Below, piece after piece: positions 1-14,035 of a DNA stretch of 64,000 nt. Position 1 is the first letter of the stretch, and every line of letters starts with the position of its first letter. Made by a program: the position numbers and the translations under genes. This DNA comes from Podarcis gaigeae. Its lineage: Eukaryota. The DNA lies in NCBI GenBank assembly GCA_964106915.2, contig OZ066925.1. One strand, written 5' to 3'. The notes beneath the pieces were generated by a model. It had not been told where the DNA came from, did no database searches, and saw nothing but the letters and a program-made list of their open reading frames with translations.

Positions 1-3000
1 GCACCACACCATCTTTAAGATACAGACCTCTTCATTTGGTCTATTTTTTGAGTTATAAATATGTGGTTCTCATGTTTATGTTCTCTTAATTTATAGTTGA
101 CATTCTTGTTAACAAAATTTTCTTAACCACAATATTTTAAAATAGCTACTACTTTGTGGAACATGTTTGCTGTGCAGATGGCACAATGTCGTTAGAAGTT
201 ATCTTCAAACAGAAATCTCAATTCAGCTGCCAATTGTGGCATGAGGCTGCTATCCTGTACCTAGTTTTCTGGGAATAATTCATATCCATGGAACTTACAT
301 TTGAGTCAACTTTTGATATGTTTGCACTGTACGTGTGGTGTCTGTTCTCTGTTTTAACATCTAACAAGGGGCTGAAGAACGGGAAATTGTAAAATCTGTG
401 TGGTGGAATTCTGTATTTTACATGCACATGTTTTTTAATTGTTGCGTTTTACACACACATCCCTTTCTGAATGTGATGCAAGAGGCACACCACCTTTAAT
501 ATGGCTTTATATTCTTTGAGGAGTTGGCTATGTCTGCCATTGGTGTGTGCCGAATTGCCATTTAAGGGGGAAAAATCATCCTGTTTCAAATAGGAATGTT
601 TAAGGACAAAGTTGCTGGATTGAAATTTGTACAAAAATTGTGCATTGTTTTTGAAAGTGAGATACTAGTTAAAATAATTGTAACTATTTTTAAGCTGTAG
701 TAAACGTCTACACCCACACACACAGAGAGAATTTTCAACACATTTTTAGCATTTGGATTGTTTAATTAATTTGGATTAATGTTTATAGCATTGCACCCTT
801 GTTCTCCAGTTATGGCAACTTTACAAAACCAGTAGCTCTTGTTTTCACAGATAAAGGACGTTGCAGACAAGTATATATTACCTCCTTCTCTCGCACACAC
901 ATAATGCATTGCAGCCATGGGTTCACATTTGCTCCTCATTTTCTAATGATTGCTGCTAATGACCAAACATAAATAGCATTGCGATATGAAGCCAATTGTA
1001 GATTTCATTGAAATGGAGATTGTAGAAGTAATCTGCTGTAGCCTAGAATAAAGGATAACATAATGGGTGTGCTTCAGGCTGCTGTTGAAAGCACCTTTGT
1101 GTGCAAGTTTCAAGGTTAAAAATTCAAATAGAATTCATTTCTAGCTTTGATGCTATGTCAATAATAGTGTGTATGGAAGGAATCAGTGTACTCCAAGAGG
1201 GAAGAAGTCTTCAAGCAAATTCATTTTTAAAAAACTAAAAACAACAAAAATTTGTTTTTACTAAAGATCTCTTGAGGGACCTCGGGCTTTAAAGGAGACA
1301 AGGTTTAGTAGTGTTCTGTGTACAGTGCATGTATAAAAATAGGTTTATTGCTAAAGCGTCATGTTCTCATCTCAAATGGAAGAGATTAATTCAGCTTTCG
1401 AAATGTCCTGAAGAGTGTACAAGTTCTAAGAAACTTGAGCTTGAAGTGCGCAACAAAACCTCATCCAATTTTGGACATTCTTTCTGCAGTAGCTGAGCAG
1501 GGAGTTTGGCTCAAAAAGGGGCAGTGAAATTTATCTTGGAGGAAGGGTGACTTGTTTGGCTTTAAAGTGAATTTCCTCTACCCACTAAGGGGACCCCTTC
1601 CTATAAGCAAAGTCATCAAAACCTTTCCTTACTTACTGAACAAAAAAGTACACTTGAATGAAGTCTCTGAAATTTCAAATAATAGTTGCTTTATTGTGTT
1701 GTGTGAGGAACAAAGAAGTCAAAGTATAAAGTTGCTTTCAGAAATATCAAAAAAGGAAAGGAAAAGAAACTGTGCGAGGAGTAAGGGGGGTTTTATAGCC
1801 CATATTTAAACTATTCTGTTCAAATGGGCAAAAGTAGAATGCCTTTCTGCATTATAGTACTTTCCTATTAATTTGGATCTTGAAATATATTCTTTGTCTG
1901 GATCTACTGTCGGTAAGTAAAGCAAATATATTGAAGCAGAAGGCAGAAACAAATAGTAATAAAACTAAATATGCATTTTGCATATTGAAACATGGTACTA
2001 AAGGTAATAATTCTTAGTTAATGTTGAAAGTGAAAGGTTAGTACAATTATTTTTAATGACCTTTTAATGACAATTATTTTAATGACCGCGGCTAACTAGA
2101 ATTTCAAAGTTGTTTCATACCCTAGCTTCAAATCAAGATTAATAGTAAACCTTGGTTAGAATTAACTGTGGTTAAGTTTTGTGCTACCATAAGTTTTAAT
2201 TATGGTACAGTTTGGTGAAGATTTGGAGGGAGTATTGGGGAAGGAAGTCAGTGATGCTACACCTCCTCACAGATCCTTAACCCAGAGTCTGCAAACTTTG
2301 ACTTGCTAAATTACCAGGGATTATTTATGACTCATCCTTTTCTCCATGTCCTGTGGCTTGATGTCTGCTGCAAGTGGAGAGTTATTTTTTTCTGTCTTAA
2401 TGATGGGTTTTTGTAGATTGCAACACAGTGCAAGGAGTTCCATCACCTGGAGCTGAGAGCATTCAGATTTCAAGAATAGAACAAGAACAAGGATATACTG
2501 ATCCATATCAGCAATGTATCTACAAAAGTATATACGAACAGGCAGGAAGGCACGAGACCTGTGACTTCACTAAAAGGCATACAAGGTTTTGAACTGAGCA
2601 GGGGAAAAATCTGTTGTCAGAATATGTCAGTGGAGAGAGACAAGGTAGCTCACTAGTTGAGCAGACAAATTTTGAAAGATGCCAGTAGATGCTTCACTTG
2701 AGGTTGTTGCTTTGGGGATCCTGACTTATATTTGCTTCAGGAAAATGACCCATACTTTTCTTCTCAATGTCTAGAGGTCTTTAGGCTGAGGATGAAAATG
2801 CTTAGCTAGCAACAAAAAGGATTGAAAGTGCTGGTATATGCCTCCCCTCCTTCCAGATGTTATCTAGGGTTGACTTGAAGATATTGGAGCAGCAAGTGGA
2901 AGCAGTCCTCAAGGTACCTGGTTAATCCAGAAAGTTCAGAATACCAGTTCAACAACCTTGAAAGCTACCATTCCCTCCAGAGATTTTGATTCAAGCTTCA

Positions 3001-3409
3001 GTTGTGTTGTTTCCCTCTTTACATTACTGCAGAAATACAGCCCTTCCTTTGTTTCCTTGATAAAAGTCTACTCCATACTAGTTCAGGGGTTGCCAACCTG
3101 ATGCTCACAGGTGTCCTGGCGTTTAAAACCAAATAAAACATAGGCACACATGTTCCAAGAGTGATAAAATCAATGCTACAAACTAAAATAATTAAACCAT
3201 CCATACGGACTTTAAAGACAATGAAAGAGTTTCATCAGATATAAAATTGATCTTCCATAGAAGACTTGAGTAAACCTCAAGAAAAAAATTCCTTTAAAAA
3301 ATGTTTTCAGTAAGCACCGAAACATCATCACTCTAGGCACCTGTCTGATTTCAGCTGGTTATTGATTCCAGAGAACTGGACCTGTAACACTAAGACCTTG
3401 TTTCTAGTA

Positions 3410-3641
3410 CAGTGGAACCTTGGTTTTCGAGCGTTCCGGAAGCCGAACAATTCGGAACCTGAACGCCAAAAACACAGAAGTAATTGCTTTCATTTTTGAA
3501 TGTGCCTTGGAAGTCAAATGGCTTCTGCTGCATGTTTTTCAGTGGATTTTGCCAACTGCCCACTGATCCATGGTTTTTGAATGTTTCAGAAGTCAAACGG
3601 TCTTCCAGAACAGATTACGTTCGAAACCCGAGGTTCCACTG
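3410..3641. mobile_element. Non-autonomous Tc1/mariner (pogo/Tigger-like) MITE
   Basis: TIRs CAGTGGAACCTTGGTTTTCGA ... TCGAAACCCGAGGTTCCACTG; TA on both sides. Confidence 0.9.
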
Positions 3642-3686
3642 TACAGATTAAGTGCACTGTGTTTTTTATAGAACAACTTGCCCCGT

Positions 3687-4418
3687 CTCAGCAGCCAGAA
3701 ACATCATAACCAGACACTGGAGAGACCTGTCAAGAGTAAGCATGGACCAATGGTACCAAATAGTATGGGAAACAGCCCTACTAGAAAAATTAACTAATAA
3801 ACTGAAACTGACACGGGGACAAACAGAAGAAGACGCCTTCACCCCGGTATGGCTCCCCTTTATCACATACACAGCCCAACAGGACAATGACAATAATCCA
3901 CCAACAGCATACAAATCAATATGGCTAACCTGATCCAAAACACCCACCCACCTCACTCATACACGAAAACAAAGATCACCACAGCCAATCACAAGCAAAC
4001 AATCACACCCTAAGCCAACCCCAACCTCTCTCACCACCAAAGGAACACAAGTGAACAACACAAGCAACGCTGACACCAAACTCTACATACATTAAACATA
4101 ATAGAAACACCGCCACCCGACCCCACCCCCATCCATCCTCCCTCTCCCCACCCCCCTTTCTTTTTTCTTTCTGTTTTCTTCTCCCCCTAATGCCTCAACA
4201 AATGAAACGGATTTGTAAAAACGTTACATGGAAGAAGAAGAAGGGGAAAAAAATACGAGGCACTACACTTCTGTAAAACAAGAAAATCCTTAATAAAAAA
4301 TATTTTTAAAAAAATGGGTGGGATATAAATAATAACATTGTTGTTGATGATGTTGTTGTTACTGCTTTTATTGTTATTATTGAATAAAGGTAAAGGGACC
4401 CCCTGACAAAAAAAAAAA
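3687..4418 (+). mobile_element. 5'-truncated L1-clade LINE (ORF2 C-terminus, 3' UTR, poly-A) with an extra 3' segment
   Basis: 17-bp TSD AGAACAACTTGCCCCGT (3670-3686 and 4419-4435). AARNIITRHWR...W...LEK...F.PVW is typical of non-mammalian L1 ORF2 ends. Terminal A-tract. Confidence 0.88.
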
Positions 4419-4961
4419 AGAACAACTTGCCCCGTGTAGCTTTGATGGTATGGTTAATGAAGACATTTTTATGTTTGCTTATTTTGTATAGCCAGGTAGT
4501 TGACAGTTTTAAAATATTGTGTTTTATATGTACCTGTCTGTTGTGTTTTGTTTTATTATACTACTGTAAACAAAAATGAAAACAGAACAAAGTGCTAATT
4601 CCACCACTTCAGTCAAGGGATGGCAATAAACAATTACACAAGATGCTAAGATCTGAAGTGTTGATACATCACAAGTACTTTTTATTCTCATTTGTTTATC
4701 AGAATGTAATATTTATTAATTATCTTTAGAATTTTCTACAGAGATATTTCATGCATATAGTTTTGACTCTATGTTTATTGAAAATGATTAAATGTGAATT
4801 ATTATTTTTTCTTTTATATCGCAAGTCCTTAAGTATAAAGCGCTGGTGTAAAATATATAGAAGGCAACAATGGGAAGATGGAAGTGCTGAGTGCTACTAT
4901 AACTATAATCCAGCAATGACCTATCTGTTGTCCTCACTGGTGGCAGCCAGCTGAATATATT

Positions 4962-5057
4962 AAGGATGAAATCTTATGCATATATACCTGAGATTAGGCT
5001 CCATTGAAAACAGTAGGACTTACTTATGAGTAAACATGCATAGGATTGCACTCTTAA
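4962..5057. mobile_element. Old palindromic MITE-like repeat
   Basis: Imperfect inverted arms (aatcttatgcat ... atgcataggattg). Confidence 0.55.
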
Positions 5058-5536
5058 GATTGTCTTTGTGATAAGGAAAAAATTGGGGTTATACAATGAA
5101 ATTTTGCTTCAGACAGGTAAAGGGAGTACTGTTTCATACAATTGATAATGAATTAATAGATATTGTTGCCTTAAGGTGTGGTGATGGCTACATTTTTGAG
5201 TTGGCTTAAAAATGGTTTGGGGCATATGGATTGAAAGAAAAGGCGTAAATGATAAGGAAGGAAATATGTGAGAAATATAAATCCAGAAAACCTAAAAGAG
5301 GGAAAGAAATAGCAAATGTTTAACTTTTCTGTGGGTTTGTCTACATACTCAACATTTTTTCCATCTGACTTCATACTCTCAGTGCTTCACTAGAAGCTGA
5401 TGATGAATTATATCTACATGTTCACTGCTAAATGCTTCTGTAAGTTTGTTTCTTTGCAAATGTTTAACTTGCCAACTTATGTTGTCAGACTCTACTTCTA
5501 CTGCTAAGTAAACTGCTTTCTTCCATTATCTCCTAG

Positions 5537-5614
5537 ATCCATGAAAAGCTGCATTACTATGAAAAACAGAGCCCTGTGCCCATGTTGCATGGCGCATCAG
5601 CCTTGGCAGATGAT
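5537..5614 (+). CDS. MPP7: MPP7 exon (L27 region) [26 protein letters not shown]
   Basis: ctcctag acceptor, gtaagt donor, 78 nt, phase 0-0. Confidence 0.96.
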
Positions 5615-6649
5615 GTAAGTGTCCCTGATGGGACCATTGGCACCATATTTCCCCAAACTGTCTGAAAGCAGAGTATAGAATCAGTATATGAATGGGGCCG
5701 TGTGAGCTGGGTGTGCAAAGGTTTCCAGTGATTTGTCATCACAGGATTGCTAATGTTGTTTTGATTTTTATTAGACATGTTTCTTTTATAATAACACAGC
5801 ATCTAGATAGACTCTTGTTCAGCCTTGGTACCACAAAAGAAAAATGGCAGGTTAGAAGTCTACATTGAAGGTGAAGCTGTTAGCTTCTGGTGTGTTATGA
5901 GAGTCATAGTCAAGAGGAATGTTTTCTAAAAATAAAGATAAATGATATAGCTGAAGTGCTGACAGAATAAGAAAAATGACTGATAATACTAAAAGAAATG
6001 AGGCTTATGAAAGATATAGGAAGGGGTTGTCAGAAAATAGCTGTTTAAAAAAGAAGCAGAGATTTATATATATTAAAGCTTTCCAAATTACTTTCATAAC
6101 TAAAAACTAAAATCTAGACGGGTTGGCATTGATAGAGTATTTAATTTCCTGCTACTATAATTTTTATTAATAAAAATCAAGCCTGCCTTTTCTGCATTAT
6201 ATGGTGAATTCTACAGCCCTGATGAATTGTGTGCACACCTGTATAAACTATGACAGAGCTTGAGGTAGGCAGAATAAAAAGCAAGTTAAACTGATTTAAG
6301 TGAAACTCATGCATGCTTGACACAGTGGGAGCACACTCAAGGGCAATATTTGGTACAGTACAGGTTTTTTGTAAACAATCTATAGAGAATACATTGATGG
6401 TCTGTGTGGTTGCCCATTGTAATTTCTTGTAGGTAACGGCACTCTAAAAATTTATTTGACAATAATCATACACAGAATTGCTTCAGGCCAGTAGAGATAT
6501 AGACACAATTTTGCAGATTCACTTTCATTGTTGCTAGAAGTTCCATCATTGTGAGGTGTTGCAAAATTCAGAACAAGAATGTTTCAAACTGAGAGACTCC
6601 CTCCTGAGAACTTAAAATATACCCTGTCCTTGTTTCCTTTATTCAAAAG

Positions 6650-6785
6650 CACGGATGGAGAACCTGTAGACCTCCAGATGATTTTAGAACCCAACTCCCA
6701 TCACCCCCAGCCAGCATGATTAGTGGTCAGGAATGAAGGGAATCATAGCCCAGCAACATCTGGAGGGTTAGATTCCCCATCTCTG
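6650..6785. mobile_element. Palindromic hAT-like MITE (CTCCAGATG...ACAACTCCCATC family)
   Basis: Inverted arms cctccagatg / catctggagg; related copies at 20685, 23163-23400, 35637 and 54412. Confidence 0.75.
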
Positions 6786-7511
6786 TTCTAATCCTGTAGC
6801 AGGCATAACATGTTAAGCCTAAAACTAATTTTCAGATGACTTGAGTAATCCTGGCATTTGATTAACCTGTTGTATTTTCAGGGTAGTGTTTTGTGATATA
6901 GCCCATATATGATTGGGTTTCTTATTGAAGGTGATCTTTCAGCCTTTAGAATGCATTTATATCTGGTAACCTAATATAAGCCATGTTCCTGTGATTAACT
7001 TGTCTGACATTTAACAAGCTACTTGTCCTGTGTATGTAAACATGATAAAGTTGAGAATACTAGCACTATATGGGCACTCTGCTTCCTTATCCCAGCCCTA
7101 AACAGAATAGCTACAGTGGCAATTTGGAAGCTTCATTCAGAAGCTGTTTTTTATAGACAGTGTCAATGGTTGATCCAGTCATTTTTACAAGCAGTCCTTT
7201 GTCTGCACGCAAAGGACCATTCACTCAGATGAAGTGCAGGGATTTGCCCTCATTGCTATAAATCAGAATGTGATCTGGGTGTGCTGGTGCCAGATATGAT
7301 TACTTTAGTCAAACTCAGTTGAAAGACCTGGCCAGAATTTAGCATAAAGGCCAGAAAATGAAGAGTAATGATTGATAGTCTGTTTTTCTTCATGCTGAAC
7401 ACACTGGAAAGTAATAACCTTGAACAGGATTGATTCCTGGTTGTCACTGACACGCTGAGTAAAACAATGCTCTTGCTAATGTTCTTTGTGTCACTTCAAT
7501 CCCCTTTGCAG

Positions 7512-7592
7512 CTGGCTGAAGAGCTGCAGAGCAAACCACTAAACAGTGAGATCAGAGAATTGTTGAAACTACTGTCAAAACCCAATCTCAAG
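7512..7592 (+). CDS. MPP7: MPP7 exon (second L27) [27 protein letters not shown]
   Basis: ctttgcag acceptor, gtgagg donor, 81 nt, phase 0-0. Confidence 0.96.
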
Positions 7593-10500
7593 GTGAGGAT
7601 GTGTTGCTTGCACCTGTTGAAATGAACACATGGTTGCTTCGCTCAGCTTTCAAAGCCTGCTAAGGATTTTCCTGTATATTTATTGAGTCCATGTGGATAT
7701 GCAAAACGGCAGGATTTCCTTAAGTAGTTTAAAAAGGGCTCTATCACAATTATGGTTAGTTATTGATATTTGCAAAACAATTGAAGTGCATGAGTGCAGT
7801 TGGATATTCTGGTGGAAAAAAATGAAGTCTGTGTTGCTTCGTCAGCAGATAATATTACCTTGCATCTAAGCAGGCCTTTGGGGGAGAGCTAAGTCAAAGC
7901 AACTTCACAATTTTGTTGCATGACAAATATGCCAATAAGAAATAAGCTGACAAAGAAAACTTTTATTATGAATATTTTGCTTGTTACCATTGTCTGCAAG
8001 ACACAGGTAGCAGCAGACTATGTAATTACAGATAGCCCCCACTTGCTTGCATCTGTAGCTAATTCCATTAAGACACATTTTGTGCTTCTTCCTGTCACTT
8101 GTTACTCTCTGTTCTGCTTTTTTTCTGTAGGAGTGCAGAAACAAGGAGTGCTGGCAAACCACTGTGGCACTCTTGGGAGAGAAAGTAAAATGGCATAAAC
8201 AGTTGTACAGATCTAACATTGCCTCAGTATGAAGGCAAGACATATGCTGCGTATAATACCTTAAGGCAGTCTCTCTTCCATACAGTTTTCTATCGTAATG
8301 TACACACACACACACACTAACAACTGGGGAAACAGCCAAGTTCTTCCATTCAATAAATTTATACTGATTAAAGATATACCTCTGTTAAATTTCAGTGTAA
8401 ATTGTGCCAAGTTTAATTTTGTTTTAAAGCAAATTCCTTCTCAGTTACCACTCTGCATAGATTTAATGAACATTTTAATAAAGCACCAAAGCTACTTTGC
8501 ATATCAAATTCCATATATTCCTCAAAGGACTGTGTGCTGATATTACTTGCACCTGCCATTTCTAAGAATGGGGCAGCTCTTACAACCACTGCAGTCACAG
8601 AGATAGCTGCTGCAGGCTGTATCCCAGTAGAAGCTGGTTTACACAGAATCCATTCCATACAATCCTGTGCATGCTTCCATGGAAAGAAAATGCAGTTGTT
8701 TTGCATATATGAGGCATCCAGAAGCTAAACTGAGTCTCCTTCTTTAAGAATTGTCACAATAGGGTCAGCAGAGACACACAGAGGTGTATTTGGCAGCTAC
8801 TGCACAGTGTAGAACTCTTTGTTGCCTGGAGCCATATAGTAACACTTTTGGCTTTTGATAAGTAGAAATAGAGAGGGTGCAGTTCTATTGCCTCTGTAAA
8901 TTGCAATTATTTATCCTGAAATCACTTGCTAGGAGTTGCAGATAAACATATTTCCAAAGGCCCTTTATCCTCTTGCAACTCACCACCCTGGGAAATTTAT
9001 CTAAATTAATTGCCTGAATATCTTAAACAGTGTTTGGGGTGGAAGCAAGTTAATTGGGCAAATTGTTGGGAAATGTATTGGGGGGGGGGCGGTATTTTTG
9101 TGTGCCCTAAGTGAATCCTGGGTAATCAATATGAACTGGGATTAAAATTCCAAATAAACCATACCTTCACAGAATGACATCTAAGCCAAAGAATCTAGTG
9201 GATTTCAAAATGCATGCCATCCTTTGCTGGATGAGCTTCATGGTTAATTACAAGTTTTTGCTCCAAGCCAGGAAAATACTATTACACTATTGGCTTGTCT
9301 CCCCCTCAGTGGTTTCTTTTTGGCTTCAGTGGATTCATAAGAAACTTTGGGTAGATTATTATAAGCATTAATTACAGGCCAAAGCAGAATGTTCCATGAC
9401 ATATTTGTTAATCATATCCTTATTTGAAACAAAGATATTACACTTTCATAGGAAGCAACTAAAATAGAAACATTATTCGTGTAAAATACACTTTGGCTGT
9501 ACTGCTTAATACCAAAGAAGCCTATGGCCCTGATGCAGTAGTTGGCAAGGATAGAAGTGATCACAGTCTAACCTGCTGCAAAACCAATTATTTGTGGTTG
9601 CTGAGCTCATACGCAAAGTCTATTGAAATGCTTGTGGATTTCTGGATCTGGTTGTTAATGAGGCTGGTGCATACCTGCCTGGAGGTTGTCACGAGTGTCG
9701 ATAAAGTGGAAGTTGCATTGGTCTTCCCAGGATCAGTGGTCTGCTAGTGGGAGAACTGCTCCTGCCTTTGATTAGCTTTGCACTTCAGCTCCTTAAGTGT
9801 TCTACCATTATATATAAAAAGATGTTGTATGAAATGACGTACACTGTTTTGACCTGTCTCAGTTTGGTATATGAATTGCCATTTGTGGAGTAAAACATAA
9901 GCTTCTTATGTCATATTTATTTATACATAAATAACTGGGTACTCATGGTGTGTCGGGTTGCTATGAGTGAATTTGAAAATCTGCGCACATAAATCGAGCA
10001 ACAGATCTGTCTCTTTGAAAACTGTAAAGCCAGAAAACAAATCAAATATCTATCTCAGATCACTCAGGAAGGAAAAAGAAAATGACATAATTTTCCTCTT
10101 GGATGTTTTATTTTAAGAAATTAACCCTGAACTATGTACAGATCATTTAGATGGAGCAGCAAAAATGATGTTCCCTTTATTGCAACATTTATATCTGTTA
10201 CAGATTCAGGTGTCCTTTTTATTTTATATAATATCATAATTGCAGATACAATTTGCATACAACCAGAGCAAAACAACTACAAGTAACCAAAATGCTTGTT
10301 TTCTCCTTGAAGCAATTTACAAGCCTGCAGAAATTTTCTGACTAGAGATCATGGCAGCATATATGTCTGCTTCCGCTGTGAATGGCTCTACAATGTCATT
10401 GTTTAGGGTTTGGTTTTGTTTTATAAAATGGAACCTGATAATTAAAGGACAAAGGATTCTATCAGATGCAGTTGTCCCATTAGCACAATGGCCTCTACCT

Positions 10501-11204
10501 GTGCAACAGGGCTGCTCCCCCTCCCCCTTCAAATCTGAGAACCCTCAGAGCAGCTTGGGGTTGGGGAGAAGAGAGAAAGAGGGGAAGTCTTCCTGCACAG
10601 ACAGAGATCCTTGTGCTTCGGGGATAATTTCATTGGACACTACCCAAAGCTCCTGATGATTGAAAAACTCATTTTTATCCTTCTGAAAGAATGGAAAACT
10701 GAATTAGTAAAATGGTGGCAAGAGGTGCAGTCGGGAAGAATTTTAAACAGATGGCATGAAGTGTGAACTTTAAGAATAGCTAGACAATCCAAAGTATATC
10801 CTTAGGTTACTAGCCCTGAGCAAGAGGAAGCAGGAGTGTAAAAAGGCAAAAAGTCACTACTTTTGTGTTGACCATCTCTGTATGACTAACAGTTCTGACT
10901 GGTGGATGTAAAACGTTCAAAATATTTTCAGGATGGGAAATTGCCTTTTTTTTTGTTACAGGAAGTTACATGCAACAATAAAACTGAAATAGTTAAAGGA
11001 GAAAATAGCCTAATATGATTTCAAATAATATATATACAAATATAAATATGCAGCTGAGTTACACTAGTGGCATTTTAATACCCCTAATCAGTATTCTTTT
11101 GACAGTATCAGGAGCAAGTAATAGCATTGGAGTGGAGTTATTGTGATCATCCCCACTTTGTAAACTTCTGAATTAGAATTAGGAACAGGCATTTTAAATG
11201 TTTC

Positions 11205-11336
11205 AGAGAATTGTAGAGTTTGGAAGGGACAATAAGGGTCTTCTAGTCCAACCCCCTGCAGTGCTGGAATCCTTTGCCCAAAAGTGGGGCTTGAACCTAT
11301 TACCATGAGATTAAGAGTCTCATGCTCTACCAACTG
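11205..11336 (-). mobile_element. tRNA-Lys(CTT)-derived SINE with CR1-type 3' tail
   Basis: Reverse strand reads CAGTTGGTAGAGCATGAGACTCTTAATCTC...GGTTCAAGCCCCAC, then GGGTTGGACTAG...CCCTTCCAAACTCTACAATTCT. Confidence 0.85.
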
Positions 11337-12095
11337 CATTATTCTTCTTTACAGAGCTATGCATTGTGAAATGATAAATGATCAATGCTTTAATCTGAAA
11401 AATATTGTACCACATCTAGACATGGCAAGGTTTCTCAGTACTCATCTCCAGCTAGATCATGTCTAAGAATTTAGTTGAACATCAATATTTATATTTAGGT
11501 AGTATAGGAATTTGAATCATACCTCCTTTAAAGTTCTAAATATGGAACATGTTTATATTAATGAATCATACACATAGAATTGTAGCTAAAACAAAATAAC
11601 TTTTCCAGAGCTGCCTGTGTGAATATGATCTTACTTTTAGATTGTGAAACTGGAAATGTAGAAGATTTTCCAATAGCATCCTCTGATGTAAAGACAAGTT
11701 GTAAGGTACACACAGTCTTTGTTCATGGAAAGAAAATGAAAAGATTAAAGACTTCAGCTTGCATGGGATAACTTCCTCTTTATTCATGCCTAAGGAATTT
11801 ACAATTGTATTATAGTTTTGCCAACTTTAATAAAAGGTGTCCTCCAAACCAAATGAAGGAAAAGATGTAACAAATATTCTTTTGCTCTCTCCCTGCTATG
11901 TTCAAACAGTTTCAGAGTGTGTTTCCACTTTCTTTTCAAATAGGTGTAGCTTACTCCAGTAGTAACTTAAGCAGACAAGTACTTCACTACTGTACTATTC
12001 ACACTTCCAGTTAAGAAAGAAAGTACTGTCCATAGGCTGAGACAAGAACGTAGCACCAGACAAATGGTCAGATGTGAGCCCTGCAATAGTAATAG

Positions 12096-12410
<315 letters not shown>

Positions 12411-12509
12411 TAATAAGGGGGACTTTGAAATAACATTTCTGCATGTTGGAGGAAAGGCTATGAGTGTCTCTCGGAATGGGGTAGGAAATGTAGGAAATTG
12501 ATGAGGTGC

Positions 12510-13050
12510 TAATAAATATGAGTGGTGTACAAAATTTGTGCTCCATTATGACCAGCAACCTTTTCATTGACACTGAGCTGAACAGACGTATTGGTAAGGC
12601 AGCTATGGCATTGGCTTGCCTCTCCAGAAGGGTATGGGAAAATGTAATGCAATGGCTAATACCAAGATTAAGATTGACCATGCTTACATATTAAGCATGC
12701 TGCTTTATCGAAGTGAGTTGTAGTCAACTTATACCCTTCCAGGAGCGATGCCTCAACACTTTCCAAATAAGCTGCATCAGGATGATTTTGGACATCACAT
12801 GGCAGGACAGAATCTCAAACAAAGATGTACTCTTCCAGGCCCCAATTCCCATTATGTTCACACTTCTGTCTCAGTGATATCAACCCTGGCTTGGTCATGA
12901 CCACAGAATGGAAGATGCCATATAAAGATGTCTGCAAATGTGACATGAAGGCTGGCAATTTTGTGTGGGAATCCCTTGCAGAGAACTGCAGTGCCTGGAG
13001 ACAGGCAGTCAGGTTGTGTATGCACAGGAGTGACCAGAGGAACAATGACC
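12510..13050 (+). mobile_element. Degraded RTE-clade LINE fragment (region C-terminal to RT)
   Basis: Translates to IDTELNRRIGKAAMALACLSRRVWEN and, after frameshifts, ILDITWQDRISNKDVL; RTE-like signature. Confidence 0.8.
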
Positions 13051-13953
13051 ACCAGGCAGTAGAAATTATTGCGGTTCAGAGATATATTTCAGCAGCTAGG
13101 GGAAAGCAGTTCAGCAAGGCTCTCTCTGGGGAGAGAGGTGTGACCTGGTAAGAGTTCAGAAGGATATATAGGGAGGCCTGGAGGGCTGCATTTGGTTTCT
13201 GAGTCTGATATTCCCCACCCCTGGCTTACTGGCTCTCTGGGCTGATAGGAGATCTGATCAGATTTAGATTTCAAAGTTCAGTTTCCATTTCAACCCATCT
13301 CTGTTGCCACAAATCATTGCAGAGAAAGCTTGGTGGTGGTAATTTGTAGTGTGAATGAAAGTAGTAACTCATTCCTGCAGGCTTCCACACCAGCCATCTC
13401 CTACATATGTCTTTGTTCATGCTGCTGCACTTGTCTTGTACCTGTTTTATAATTGTAAAAACAGTTACCGTAATGTAAGAAATATTCCACTTTTTAAAAA
13501 CACTGAATCCTTCACCATGTGTTTTCCAAAGCAGTACTGAAATGTAGAATGGTTTTCAGGTCACTTAATTTTGCTTGGTGAAACTATCCAAGATTCCCCC
13601 AAGATGCCTTAGTCCAAATAGCAATTACTGTGTTCTAAAAAGGGATGTTCTTTTAAGCACAGATAATGTGGGAGATGTGGAAAACTCCTCTGAATGTAGT
13701 CTTTTAAAACAAAAACAAAATCTGGCCTCTTGCAGTCTTCTATATGTAGTGTTAATGTTTTCATAGTTCAGTACTTGAACACCTCACAAATACTTTAACA
13801 CCCAGGGAATAGAGGGGTCCTGATAACTTCATTTGTAAAGACAGGAATCTCAAATATAGTTGCCTTCCTCAAGTTACTGAAAGGTTGCTGGTAGAAAACT
13901 GTTCAGTGTAGCCCAGCATTAAATCATAATAATGTTTCAATTTATTTTTAAAG

Positions 13954-14035
13954 GGAGCTACTATTAAAAGGGATGAACAGACTGGAGCTGTTGTTGTGGC
14001 TCGAATAATGCGTGGAGGTGCTGCAGATAGAAGTG
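13954..14035 (+). CDS. MPP7: MPP7 exon (PDZ) [27 protein letters not shown](G)
   Basis: tttaaag acceptor, gtaaga donor, 82 nt, phase 0-1. Confidence 0.96.

Noticed and set aside
2043-2086. Short direct duplication ACAATTATTTT(T)AATGAC
   Set aside because: Ordinary slippage duplication with no further structure.
1-5536. N-terminal MPP7 coding exons
   Set aside because: No sequence encoding the first L27 segment was seen; it presumably lies upstream of the window.
7905-8728. Overlapping 80-144 aa ORFs, and other 60-140 aa ORFs in the track
   Set aside because: No domain-like composition or splice context; consistent with random ORFs in intronic DNA.
11280-11336. tRNA-Lys(CTT) gene (also 33547 and 37570)
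   Set aside because: Stems are degenerate and each copy runs into a CR1-type tail, so these are SINE heads, not tRNA genes.
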